A DNA stretch of 60,178 nucleotides, filler included, from Sphacelaria rigidula (GCA_964200075.2; 8 parts of 8 records of this genome joined end to end with filler, not necessarily neighbours in it); one strand, 5' to 3'. Counted from the whole stretch's first letter, positions 37,676-49,654 are shown. The notes: generated by a model from the sequence alone, not told the origin. Translations and numbers: made by a program.

Positions 37676-37802
37676 GTGAGGGGGGACTCGTTGGAGGCCA
37701 CGGTCTCCACTTCAACCCCATATTTTGTATGAACCCCATTTTCTAGAATCCATTGTTTAATGTTGAAGGGGAGACCGTGGCCTCCAACGAGTCCCCCCTC
37801 AC
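37676..37802. repeat. Hairpin: 41-bp inverted arms (40/41 match) around a 45-bp loop
   Basis: 37676-37716 is the reverse complement of 37762-37802 with one mismatch. Confidence 0.9.
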
Positions 37803-40800
37803 TCGCACTTTTTGCAGGATTGCAGCCGGATAGTGCAACCTGTAAGTACTTGGCAGCATGGACTGGGGTCCTAAACCCTGCCCGACCACGCAAAATACGC
37901 AAAGCAGGAATAATGACGCGAACATGCAGAAAGTTTTAGCAGAACAAACTTGTTAGATGATGTGACGGAACGGGCGCTTCTGAATTGGAAGACAATACCG
38001 CAAGGATATTGTCGTGACGAACTAGCAATAGCATACTCCGCAACAAAATGTTGGCATTTTGTTTTGTTGAAATAGAAAAAGAGACAACAAAAGCAGTCAA
38101 TGCCCACACCTGCTTTCTCCTTCATACGGTCATCGGTAGGTCGTAGTTCGGTAGCGATAAAGTTTACCTTGGCCTGCACAAAACACACGGCGGGGAGTGC
38201 CATAGATCGGTGACACATAGAGAACATTCCTTTCGTTATGTGAAAAAATGGCAGTTCTCCCCATCATTTGTTTCATCACCAGACCATTCGTCATTGACAT
38301 ACGCTTGCTCTCCCCCCCCCCACCCCCCAAAGAAAAAACTGTGTTCACCGGAAAACGCATACCAGATTAACCACGGGACGCACCGGAGTCAGAAGAAAGC
38401 GGGAATATGCGGCGCTATTGGAGGAGCTTCGCGCTTTGATCTGTCTTCTGTCTCGTGCGTTTTCGACATCAGTGCACAGAAAACGACTGCGGTCGTCAAA
38501 ATATTCGAAATACATGCACCTAGTGGTGAAATATAGTTTTTTCCCTCAAAATATGAAGCGGGTTCTAATTTGCTATCTATTTAGTTTCTCGGAAACCGCT
38601 GAACGTTTTGATGTCCGATGGTATAAAACACAGGCGGGACGTACATCTTCTCAAACTCTCGAAAACGGGCGGTGTGGTCGCGAACGAAAAAAGTAATCAG
38701 GCGGGGCCAGTGCTTAAAGTAAATAGGCTACAGCGGATTTTAACCTCGCCGAATTGGAATAGTAGTGCCACCTCTCCTGGACAGTCGACTCCTTGGGTTT
38801 AACACTCGGCCACATCGTCGACCAACTGCTCAACAGAAACGCCGGGCAAACGGGGGAGAGTCTCCGCTCCACTCCGGTCCCTCGCGCTGTAGCCACAACT
38901 TTGCGGAGGAACTGTGCTTGTTCATGTACATTGCGCCCGCCGATTACCCCGCATACCGTCTCGCCCCCGCCACTACTACCCGTTGAGTCATCACCAGTTT
39001 TCTGCGACACGTTGAGGCTCGCCACCCTGACCATGCACTCCATCAGAAGCACAGCCACTTCATACAAGCTGAGGAAGTATAGTCCGTTTTCATGCAAATG
39101 TCTCTGGCTGTCGACCACGGTGTCGCGAACTGCAGTGGCCCACCCACCTGGGGACGTTTTGGCCGCAACGTCGAGGAGATTTCCGAAGTCCAAACTGTGC
39201 TGGAGTGGGGCCAACGGGCTCGCGAGACGAAAGAGACCGTACACATCAGCCACGGCGTTTCCCTCTACGTCGGCTTGGTCGAATCGTAGGTTCGGAAGAC
39301 GCTATGGAGTTGGTGCGGATGCTCATGTCGGCAAGAGCGGGAATCGAAACTTTGCGCAGTTCAACTCGAATCATTCGCACGCCTTCCGACCCTGTGGTTG
39401 CGCCCCCAGTATCCGTGTTACAGTCTTGAGGTTGTGCGTCGACTCAGGGAAGGGCCCCGCCGTTGTCGAGGAGATACGAACAGCCCTTTTGTATTATCGG
39501 TCGTACCATACATGGTATGTCGGTGATGAGTACAACGAACAGGTGGCACCTAACATTGAACAGAAGGAACAACAATAATAGTCATGATGGCGCATTCCAC
39601 GAGTTAGGTCACGTTGACAATATAAGTGGCAGGCCATAAATTTGTTGGAGTCGCAGGCGTTACCAAAACCCCTGCCTTGTTTGCCTGCTCGTGAAGCAAT
39701 GTTTACCCATTTTCTGCGATTGCACGAGATGAAACGAAACGCGACTCACCAGAAAGTGCGTCAACATTTCCACGACATCTCTCGCGCCCTCTGCCCTCCC
39801 AAGAAGCATGTGTGCGATCTGGTCCTCGTTTGGCGTGTAAAGCCATTCCACACCCGATGTCGCAGCAGATCCACGCCCCAAGAAATGTTTCGAACACTCC
39901 TCGTTGCCTCCGGTACGTGAGATGAAATGTGCCCGGAGTTGCTTAAACAGTTCCACGAGCATTACCTTGGTTGTGTACCTGCAAACAAGTACGACAGGGC
40001 CGTGACTTTCGCTTTGCGACAATGACGGGTTCAATTAGAAAGATCGAAACACCGCCAACAAACACTTCAGTCGGACCAAGATAGTCACGTTAAAGCCTTT
40101 ACTCGCAAAGGAGTATTCAAGTCAACACACCCTTTGCGCCCGCCCCCTCCCCCATCAACAAATAGACATCATAGCATCCACCGCCGAGTAAAACCACCAA
40201 AACAACACTTGTATCCATGCAGTGCAAAAATATTCAGGCGATCCCGAATCTATATTTGAAGTGCAACGTTTAACACGATGGTTCCGGGGTTGTCGGGGAA
40301 AGTATCCAAATAACTCGTCATGACCATTCATGAAGTGGACGAGGCAAATGACTGCTTACGGTGAGTGGTAGATATCTCACTCAAAGCATAAACTCACGAT
40401 CTCAATCCAGTCTTGTCCCTGAAGCATCGCATGTACAGATCGTCCAGGTCGTCCTTGGTCATCTCGTCGAGGACCTGAATTCCATTCCCGGACTCACCCA
40501 AGTAGTTCACGAGGACCTGTCCGTCGCCGCTCTCTACCGAGCCAGCCTGCGGGGTAGCCCCCCGAGCACCCAAGCGAAATATAGTTGGCTTCCGGTTGCA
40601 AGGGCAAAAGTTGACCGTCGTCTTTGTGACGAACTGATACCGACGGACGAATACCATACCGCTCATCATACTCAACTTGAGCTACTGCGCGCCGAGATCC
40701 ATGTCGATGACCATCTCTTGTCGCGCCTGCAACAGCAGGTCTACCGAATTATTGTCCGTCGCCAACTTGTTGCACCCGTCGCGGGTTTGCAGTCGGGGAT

Positions 40801-42077
40801 AATAGCCATCCGTGAAACTGAAATAACCGCAAGGGTGATTAGTCATGGGCTCGAAGGCGAAGTAGCAGTCCTTCAACTGTTGCGAAAGGCCGCCGCTGCT
40901 GATTCTGCCCGTCGGCAGGCGGAAACGAAAAATAGACGTAAAAGAAGGTATCACAAGAGTGTATGGCATGATTCAGGATGCGAGCAGCGAAAACATGGCA
41001 CCCCCTCCCCCAACAACGCCAGTGGTCGCAGTTATCCTATACCCGCGGGTTCCTGCAACATAATCCAGAACGGTTGTACGGCTGGAATAACGTTCATAAC
41101 ATACTCATACACTGCAACTGCTGTGAGTTGATACCTCCGCGTGAGCGCTTTGTGTTCGTCCGCTCAGTCGCCGTCGTTCGTGCACTCCAGCTTGAATTCC
41201 TCAAAGATCGACGAGAAGGACGTGCCCAACCTGTAGCGGTTCCTCGAGCGCACCAGGAGACGAATGTCCACCAACAGCTTGTTATTATTGTTCAGCATGC
41301 CCGTCGTTCTCCAGCCATCGCTCGCCCATGGTCGTGCCCAGCAACTTGTGCACTGCTTCATCTCAACGTTGACGCGGTGGATATCCGTCCCGATCCTCTC
41401 CTGTGTAGGGCGGATGAAGCGAGAGGACACGAGAAGGCAAGCCAAACGCGAACATCACGAAACAGACACATTGACTCCCATCGCCGATGATCCAGTCGAA
41501 TATTGCACTGTGCTACTAGTGAACAGCACGGTGACGCGGAAAAAAAGACCGCGCATGATGCCTCACCTGTGTAATCGCTAGTGCGATTTCGTCGGCCAGC
41601 GGCTGGAAAGGCTGCCGGCATCGTGCGCATATTTTCTCGAAGACTGTGAAACGATCAAGGAGCAAAGCTCCACCACGCGGCAGGTGCGGAAACGGATCCA
41701 TCGGGAACACGTAGTCCGCGGCAATCTTCATGAGCTGGGATATTTCCTCTGGAACTGCTGAGGATCATTCTCAAACGGCTTGCGAGCGGAGTCGAAGCTG
41801 GCGTCGTTTCGACGCTCCACATCCGTGCTTGGTACACTCGATTCCTCTTCATCGCTCGTGGTGCTTCCGGATCCGGACCCCAAAACCACTAGGCCGACGA
41901 TATGAGTGTGCACACACACCATTTCTCCCTTCTGCGCCTCGAAGCACGGCCCTCCGCCACACCCCTATGCACAACGGACGGTTACAAACTTTGGCGAGTG
42001 AAGGGAACGAAAGCACCAAAATATCAGGCTGCCAAGTACGCAAACACGAACAAACACCGTCTGTTTCCGCACGTAAT

Positions 42078-42705
42078 CGGTCGCCCCGGTGACTCGGTTG
42101 GTATCCTCGAAACCTTTTGACAGTTGGGTTGTGGGTTCAAATCTCGAAACGGTCTGTACTTTTTTTCTCACACAATGCCCGACAATAGTACAGGGGAGAG
42201 CGACTATGCCGTGGATACACAAATTTGGACTTAATGGTCGACAGCGGAGAGGAATCGCTGAGCCCCTCTCGCGAAAACAAAATCAAGCACCACAGAATGA
42301 AGGTGGTGAACTAAAAAAACAAACGAACGAAGAAAAACCCGGTGTTGGCCGTCCTCCTTTGTGACCCCGGCTGGTGCGCCCACACACACCGAAAGGTGTA
42401 TACCGGGGTGATGCTACGGTAGGGGTGCACTTTTTGCGCGAAGTCGTGTCTGGTTCAGGGGCTCCTGACGATTCTAGATGCACAAGAACTTGGGTCAGGG
42501 CACTCCCGTTTGCAAATTCATTAGGGATATCCCTTGCACATTGGAATAGTAATCCTAGCGTACTCACACATGTTTCATAGGTCGTGTTTTGGATGACATA
42601 AAGGGCTCCTAATAGTTTTAAACTCGGATAATATTTGTGCACCCCCCTGCCGTAGCATCGGTCACCGGCGTCCAGAATAAATGGGACAACACAACAACAC
42701 AACAC
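42078..42705 (+). mobile_element. tRNA-derived SINE interrupted by a MITE, inside a KDZ gene intron
   Basis: Head GGTCGCCCCGGTGACTCGGTTGG, B-box GGTTCAAATC; tail resumes at about 42664 (AATAAATGGGACAACAC). Confidence 0.75.
42410..42659. mobile_element. MITE with TIR GATGCTACGGTAGGGGTGCAC
   Basis: Inverted ends; second copy at 53731-53988. Confidence 0.8.
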
Positions 42706-43349
42706 ATGATCGTTCACATCACCTTACAGAGTAGTTGTGGGCGATCCTTCCTCCTCCTTTTTCGGGCTGCTTTATCCACGCCACTTTCGCCGTCGTATAA
42801 CACATGCGCCCACCCCCCAGGATAAGACCAATTATTGTTTACCCACACTACACAGTACCCCGTGCCGTTCAACCTCGCCACCATGGCAACCCCGACAGCA
42901 CCAGCGTCACGGTACATGTTCATGACTCTGTCAACGGAATCCTGCCCTAGCGCTCCTGCGTCCATCGCTGAAGATGCCGTCGCCAGAATATCGTATGCGG
43001 CAAAGCGGACTGAGGTGGAATGTTTGGCCTGTATGCGTTGGGCGGCGACACTGTGCTGACAAAACAGCACCGCACTGTCCATTCCCTGCTCCTCTGCAGA
43101 GGCTACGACGGGCATTATTCTGTAAAAAATCAAAGAGCGACAGGGGGTGAGTGCTTGTGGGCAAACTTGTTTTGGCGGTACAGATTCGCCGGAAAATTGC
43201 GCTGGACTTGCCAATTGAATACCCGGTCAGCAATTCGCGAGAACACAATACTCACCCTTTGCATATATCCCGCGTGCACATAGCATGCCCCCCGTTCATC
43301 ACAACAAGCACGCGGCCGCCGCCCGTGGCTCCGCATACGAAATACACAC

Positions 43350-44890
43350 ATTTGCGCTCCGCAGCTCCTCGCGTGTTGGAGGAAGAAGGAAGGAAGTCCA
43401 CGACATATTTTTCGGGCGAATCTCTTGTGCGAATCTCTGCACCGTCAATGCTTGGTGATGCGCGGCGTCACTCGCCCTCTTTCTCCTTCTTTGGCATTGC
43501 TTTCCCTCGCGGTAGCACCCCTGATACCCGCAGGCCCATCGCACTTGGTCAGGGCACGTTTCACACATCCACTGCAGCCCTTGCCTTTTTTGCCCTTCCC
43601 CGCACATACAGCATATTTTCATCAACCGCAGACGAGTGCTGTCAGCTTCCCCGTAGCCCGCACAGCCGCCATCGACGATATCACCCCCCCCCCCGTCCCC
43701 TAACCCGCCCCCGTTCCCGCCCCTGTTTCCGCCGCCGCTCTCCCTCCGGGTATTCTCTTCTTCGCGATCCCTCGGTCGTTGACAATACTGGCACGAATCC
43801 GTACGGTTGAAAGAAAACCAGTTCGGGTACTGGCACACTGCGCAGAACCACGCGGGGCTGCCGTCACCGCCAGTATCACCCTTGTGCCCGGTCCCTCCAC
43901 CGCTGCTGCCGTTGCGCCCATCCCGTCTACCGTTCTCGGCCATATCCTCAAACGAGGGAAAGTTAGCGCCGCCGGTGCCGGCGCCAGCATCAGCGCCGGC
44001 ATTCCAGTCCCCGACCACCCTACCGTCGTTGCCGTTGCACCCACCCCCTCTACCGTCCTCGCCCATAATCTCGGTCCAGACGCCCCCGGTGGCGCCAGCG
44101 CCGACATTCCAGTCCCCGACCACCCTGCCGCCGGTGCCGCTGCACTCACCCTCTCTACCGCTCTCGCCCATAATCTCGGTCCAGACGCCCCTGGTGGCGC
44201 CAGCGCCGGCGCCAGCTCCAGCGCCAGTGCCGACAAATTAGTCCCCGACCACCCTGCCGCCGGTACCGTTGCACTCGCCCCCTCTATCATCTTCGCCCAT
44301 AATCTCGGTTCAGTCGCCCCCAATGCCGCCGGCGCCGGTGCTAGCGCCAAAGCCGACATTCCTGTCCCCGACCACCCTGCCGCCGGTGCCGTTGTACCCG
44401 CCCGCTCTGCCGTCCTCGCCCGTGATCTCGATCCAGTCGCCCCCGGCGCCGCCAGGCCGGCATTCCAGTCACTGACCACCCTACTGCCGCTGCCATTGCA
44501 TCCGCCCCCCCTATCGTCCTCGCCCATACCCTCGATCCACCGGAAGCCGGCACCGGCACCTCCATTCCAGTCTTCGATTCCCCTACTGCTGCTGCCATCG
44601 CAGCTGCTCCCTCCACTGCCGTCGCCCATACCCCGGGTCCAGCGGCCGCCTGTGCCGCCGGCGCCGGTGCCGACGTTCCACTTCCCGATCCCCCTACAGC
44701 CACTGCCATTGCACCCGCCCCCTGCACCGCTCTCGCCAAAACCACCCGTCCAGCGCAAGCTGTCGCCGCCCCCATCCTCATCACAATTCGCTTCTTCAGA
44801 CACCCTGGAATGCTTGCACACAAAACACGTTTGAGGGTTGACCAATGTCGAGGTCAGCACCTTGCAACTTCCGCACAACCATGAGTCTTC
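43350..44890 (-). pseudogene. Disrupted ORF: RanBP2-type ZnF, Gly/Trp tandem repeats, RanBP2-type ZnF, Cys cluster; probable N-terminus of the KDZ gene
   Basis: WLCGSCKVLTSTLVNPQTCFVC and WFCAVCQYPNWFSFNRTDSCQYC; repeats such as GGVWTEIMGEDGRGGGCNGNDGRVVGDWNAG; frameshift and stop inside the array. Confidence 0.6.
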
Positions 44891-45110
44891 GCCGCCGCCT
44901 GCCCCTTCGCCTTCGTTGGTCGCCTTCGTTGGTCAATGGTCATACGACTAAGGCAAGCAACAAATGAGTACGCCCCCTTCGCCGCCGTTTCTACCGCAAC
45001 CGCTTCTGCTACCACTTCCGACGAAAACACCGGCTGATCGACTCGCACTCCCTCCACCCCCCCCCCCTCCCCCCCCCCCCCCTCCGCACACCCTCCGAGA
45101 TGGGCCTCAC

Positions 45111-45210
45111 NNNNNNNNNNNNNNNNNNNNNNNNNNNNNNNNNNNNNNNNNNNNTTAATTAATTAANNNNNNNNNNNNNNNNNNNNNNNNNNNNNNNNNN
45201 NNNNNNNNNN
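45111..45210. other. Artificial contig spacer
   Basis: N44-TTAATTAATTAA-N44. Confidence 0.98.
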
Positions 45211-45951
45211 GACACACTTATGAGCCTCTTTTTTCATGCAACCAAATATCCCCCCCCCTATCGTAGGATGACTCAGAAACTATTTGATCAGAGAGATTCA
45301 CTCAATCGAATAGATGTTTTGTTTCTGGCCTTCTTTTGCGGGCTGTTTGGGTTATGGGTATGGGTGGTAGGCTCCTTGCACTCTGTGAACACGGGTTCGA
45401 GAGATCGAGCTAATGTGGCGGATATACTAATTAGAAAATAATAATGATAACAGCCTGAATTCGTTTTTGAGGTTCAACATTTAATTGAGGTTCAACGGAC
45501 GATCGGAATTTCATTTACGTTGTTCAAAAGGCTCGTGATTCGCAACCGGTTTCGACCATGTGCCCCTAACTCAGAAGTTTCTGCACGGCAGTGAAAGCAT
45601 GCTGGTGAGCAGTCCAACAGAAAAGCCACCGCCATTCATTGTGTGGCATCTTTTGAGCAACCCCTCCCTGCGTCTAAGCGCTACGGAACACGTGACAAAG
45701 CATGCTGAAAACATACTTTTTGGGACTAGTCGTAGAGTTTTCGAGCGCCTCTTGTGGAGTATCTGAGAGAGACTTCATACTGTTGCGCCGGCGACGACCG
45801 CCGTCAGCGAAACGATCCAATGCAGCGGCAGACGCCAACGATATTTGAAACGCAGCATCATTCAGCAGTCTGCTGATATATACCATCACCAGAGTACAGC
45901 ATCACTACAGTACAGTGGTCAGTTGGATCAAATGGGTGCCCCACAATCAAG

Positions 45952-47250
45952 CTGCAGACACACACAACGGGGGTGAGGGTTAGTCCCACGCCTGGGGTTG
46001 TTTCGCCACTAGTGCCCATGCGACGCGCTTCATCCAGTCTGAACCAGCTATCACGCCTCGTATGGTCACCTCAGCCGTGGCTGTGTTGAGAACCGGTTTC
46101 GCGGTGGGGCTGATGAACAATACTACTGTAGTGCAACGCGCTTGAAAATCCGAGCCGGTTTGTTTTAATTTAGAATCCGCGGTAGCTGTAAACATGGGAT
46201 CTTACAAATTGAGGATGGATCTTTCATTGGGGATGAGGAGCCCGGAGAATAAATATCTTCGTATCCACACCAAATCTTCGAAATATGGTTCCATTTTTTC
46301 ACCTACAGATAGCTATTGACAACTGCTACACGCCAAAAAAAATTGGATTACGATCACCGAAATGTTGGGGTCCTATGTGAAATACCAATTTCGGAACCAC
46401 TTTGGCGTCCATTTGGACACCCGAAATTCCCCAATATTGATTTTTCATCTAGGACCCTAACATCTAGGTAACCGACATCCAAATGTTCATGTCATGTAGC
46501 AGTTGTCAATCGCAACCAGTAGGTGAAGAAATGGAACCATATTTAGAAGATTTGGTGATTTTAATTCTCCGGGTTTCTCATTCCCCAAAAAGGATCCATT
46601 CCCAATTTGTAAGATCCCGTGTTTATAGCTTGAATATCCCTCCTGACGATCCCAAACGGGATCTGATGCAGCGACGAAAAGTGCTTGCACCCTCCCCCTC
46701 AGATGAGATTCGTGACAACCTCATCGTTAGGATTAGACCCCAGGGGAAGCCCGGCAATAACGGGTTGTTTTCTTGGAAAGCAGTCGTTCATTGTAACGGG
46801 GGTGTAAAGTGTTCAAGCAAGGAAATTTCGATTTTCAACAGGGAAAGATGTACTACGATACCCCTAAAGACTATTCTACATGTTTCGTGCCGAGCGATGT
46901 TCACCAAATACCCCCACAGTTGTCATACATCCCATCTGAGGGGGTAGGTGCCAGCGCTTTTCGTCGCTGCATCAGATCCCGTTTGGGACCGTCAGGAGGG
47001 ATATTCAAGCTACAGCTGCTGCGGATTCTAAATTAAAAAGAAACCGCTCGGATTTCGCAAGCGCGTTGCACTACAGTAGTATTGTTCAACAGCCCCACCG
47101 CGAAACCAGTTCTCAACACAGCCACGGTGGAGGTGGCCATACGAGGCGTGATAGCTGGTTCAGACTGGATGACGCGTCTCGCATGGGCACTACTGGCGAA
47201 ACAATCCCAGGTGTGGGACTAACCCTCACCCCCGTTGTGTGTGTCTGCAG
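45952..47250. mobile_element. Foldback-type element with inverted arms of about 380 bp
   Basis: 45952-46330 pairs with 46495-46625 plus 47011-47250. Confidence 0.8.
46626..47012. mobile_element. MITE with TIRs of about 85 bp, inserted at a TA in the foldback right arm
   Basis: TAGCTTGAATATCCCTCCTGACG... / ...CGTCAGGAGGGATATTCAAGCTA. Confidence 0.8.
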
Positions 47251-47301
47251 TGTCTGCAGTGTCTGCAGCGTCTGCAGGGGCGTACTTATCTGTTTGTTGC
47301 A

Positions 47302-48147
47302 AACACTGAGGGCCCGTTCGAAATCAGCCGAAGAACTAAAACATGCGACATGTCTTGTCTCACTGTACTGCAGCACAAACACATTCACATCCGCTCTCAT
47401 GTGCTGTAGCTATCACTGTTCTGGGGTATGTTTGGACCTTGCGAAGACGGTTTGGTCTCCGCTGAGATTGCTTGATGTGCTGTATTGTTGTGTACGTCTC
47501 TCTGTAACTAAGCTGTAACATATAGTATCAGTCAGGACGCAGTGCTGTCTACACACTTGACTGTTAAAATATTTAAATGTTATGGTACCCGGACCCATCA
47601 CTTGCGCGATACCGAACACTGCTGGGTAAAGGCACACAACCAGCACCAGTACACACCACTCGACCGGCTGGGCCAGATCCCATGCTCCAATGAAAGGAGC
47701 GACGCACAGCACTGTGCGGATATACTGCACCGCCAGGGTACTGCTTGCACCCGTCAGCATGGCGGCTGCTGCCGTTGGCATCGCCAGCGCTCGCGGCCAC
47801 GGCAAGACACGTCACAGGACCCATACATGCGGATAATTTTGTAGTAAAAAAAATATTTGCGCGAAGGGCGATTATGTCCGAGCGTTCAAGATCAGCACCC
47901 TGCGAACACTGAGGGCCCGTTCGAAATCAGCCGAAGAACTAAAACATGCGACATGTCTTGTCTCACTGTACTGCAGCACAAACACACTCACTTCTGCTCT
48001 CATGTGCTGTAGCTATCACTGTTCTGGGGTGTGTTTAGACCTTGCGAAGACGGTTTGGTCTCCGCTGAGATTGCTTGATGTGCTGTATTGTTGTGTACGT
48101 CTCCCTGTAACTAAGCTGTAACATGTAGTATCTGTCAGGACGCTGTG
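47302..48147. repeat. Two near-identical direct repeats of about 243 bp (47302-47544 and 47905-48147)
   Basis: AACACTGAGGGCCCGTTCGAAATCAGCCG...GTCAGGACGC in both; offset 603 bp. Confidence 0.9.
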
Positions 48148-48669
48148 ATTTTGCAACAAGAGAAGCTGATGCGTACTGTATACAGTCCATCTTCAGGTTT
48201 AAAAACTAGAAAACACTGCAGAACTGCCGTGTTGTCTTGTGTTCAGGGTAGTTCTCTGTTCTCCATATACCACTGCAGAATTGTCTTGTTTTTTGTGTAG
48301 TAGCCTGTACTCCATATAATGGGGTCATGGTTTGAGCAGTTTTTTAAAAAGCTATCGTTGTTTTTTCAAAAGTATTCCGAGAAAACGAGAGTGTTTTCTG
48401 TCACAGAAATCTAATGCCGAATCTGGAATAGACTGAAACAACAACCAACTTGAAAATTGGAAATGAAACAATATCCGCGATCAATATTTAGTGACTTACG
48501 AGCTTGACCCATCTTCGGGGGTCCTGCGGAAGTGCAACCTCAGGTTCTAGCTTTTCGGTATTTTCGGTGGACCGACTCGATCCCGACCATATAAGTGAAG
48601 ACTCAGAAAGGACTATTTTTGTTTAAATTCCACCTATTCACTGCGCTAAAGCCGGAAAACTTATGTTTC

Positions 48670-49080
48670 TTGGACCATTCACGGCCAATAACACCCTCCT
48701 GATAAAAGGGGTCTTTACTCCGTATCGCCCCCACGACACCAACTTGGGCATTGTGATTTGAGCACAGTCTGCTTATTTTGCCAAAAGTATCGATGGCAGC
48801 ACTTTCGGGTGCTCATGGAAAATGTTATGCGAAGAAAAAACCAAAGGAAGCCCTCCACAGAAATTTCTAGACTGACGTCTGTGCAGTAGAGGAGGGAAAC
48901 ACGATCTCGATCGTTATTGTGAATAAGTGTGCACGTATTCATTTATCCAAATATTTACTGTTTCGTTGCGGAAGAGCCGGAGAATTGTTTTCATTGGACC
49001 GAAAACGGTCAATAACACCCTCCTGATAAACGGGGTATCTAGTCCGTATCGCCCCAAAAACACCAACTTGGGCACTGCAG
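48670..49080. repeat. Two direct repeats of about 85 bp
   Basis: CAATAACACCCTCCTGATAAA...CCGTATCGCCCC...CACCAACTTGGGCA near 48685 and 49010. Confidence 0.75.
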
Positions 49081-49654
49081 TTCGAGCGCGGCCTATGTTT
49101 CCGCCCTGATCTACGAGCTGGGCCAGCCTAAAGACGGATTTAAGCTCTAAAAGCAATTTCTCATCGACACAGACAAGTTGGGCCGTGATCCGCGTATCGT
49201 ATTAATCGTCTAATCAAGGGAAAGGTGCCCATCTGCTCAAACATTTGGGCCCATATTTTCTCGTTGATATTGAACCCCATGTCTAGTAATTTCTTTACCT
49301 AAGGGAGATAGCGCCAATACTAAACTCTCGATGAAACTCCCGATCGATGCATTCAGCGGAGGACGACGAATCTTGGTGTGGAGAATCACAAAAGAGTGCC
49401 GAATGAAAAAAAAATGGACCTTCCATTTTTTTTTCGTAGAGGTTAGGGCGTTCTCGTGAAATGTGGTCTTTAGCACAGTAGAACGCCCTAAAACAGTGGA
49501 AACAATTGAAAAAAATCAACCTGATCCACTTTATTTTGCTGATTATGCCCTAGCCACGCCTCACACAAAGTCTCAATACACAAACATCAAACGTGGGCCG
49601 GTAAACGGCCTGCAAAATACTGTTCCGAATTTCTCCTGACTCTGTCACTAGAAC

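Larger units (their letters stand above)
38714..43119 (-). pseudogene. Intron-containing, degenerate KDZ (Kyakuja-Dileera-Zisupton)/HMGXB3-like transposase
   Basis: Exons 43119-42723, 41964-41567, 41400-41135, 40904-40398, 39978-39750 and 39549 to about 38714 splice in phase; SWIM-like, CxC4-like, YFAFE...DG, GRAEGARDVVEML and VLITDIPCM motifs; internal stops and frameshifts. Confidence 0.75.

Noticed and set aside
43779-44834. 351-aa Pro/Ala-rich + strand ORF
   Set aside because: Antisense shadow of the GC-rich tandem repeat; the zinc-finger motifs are on the minus strand.
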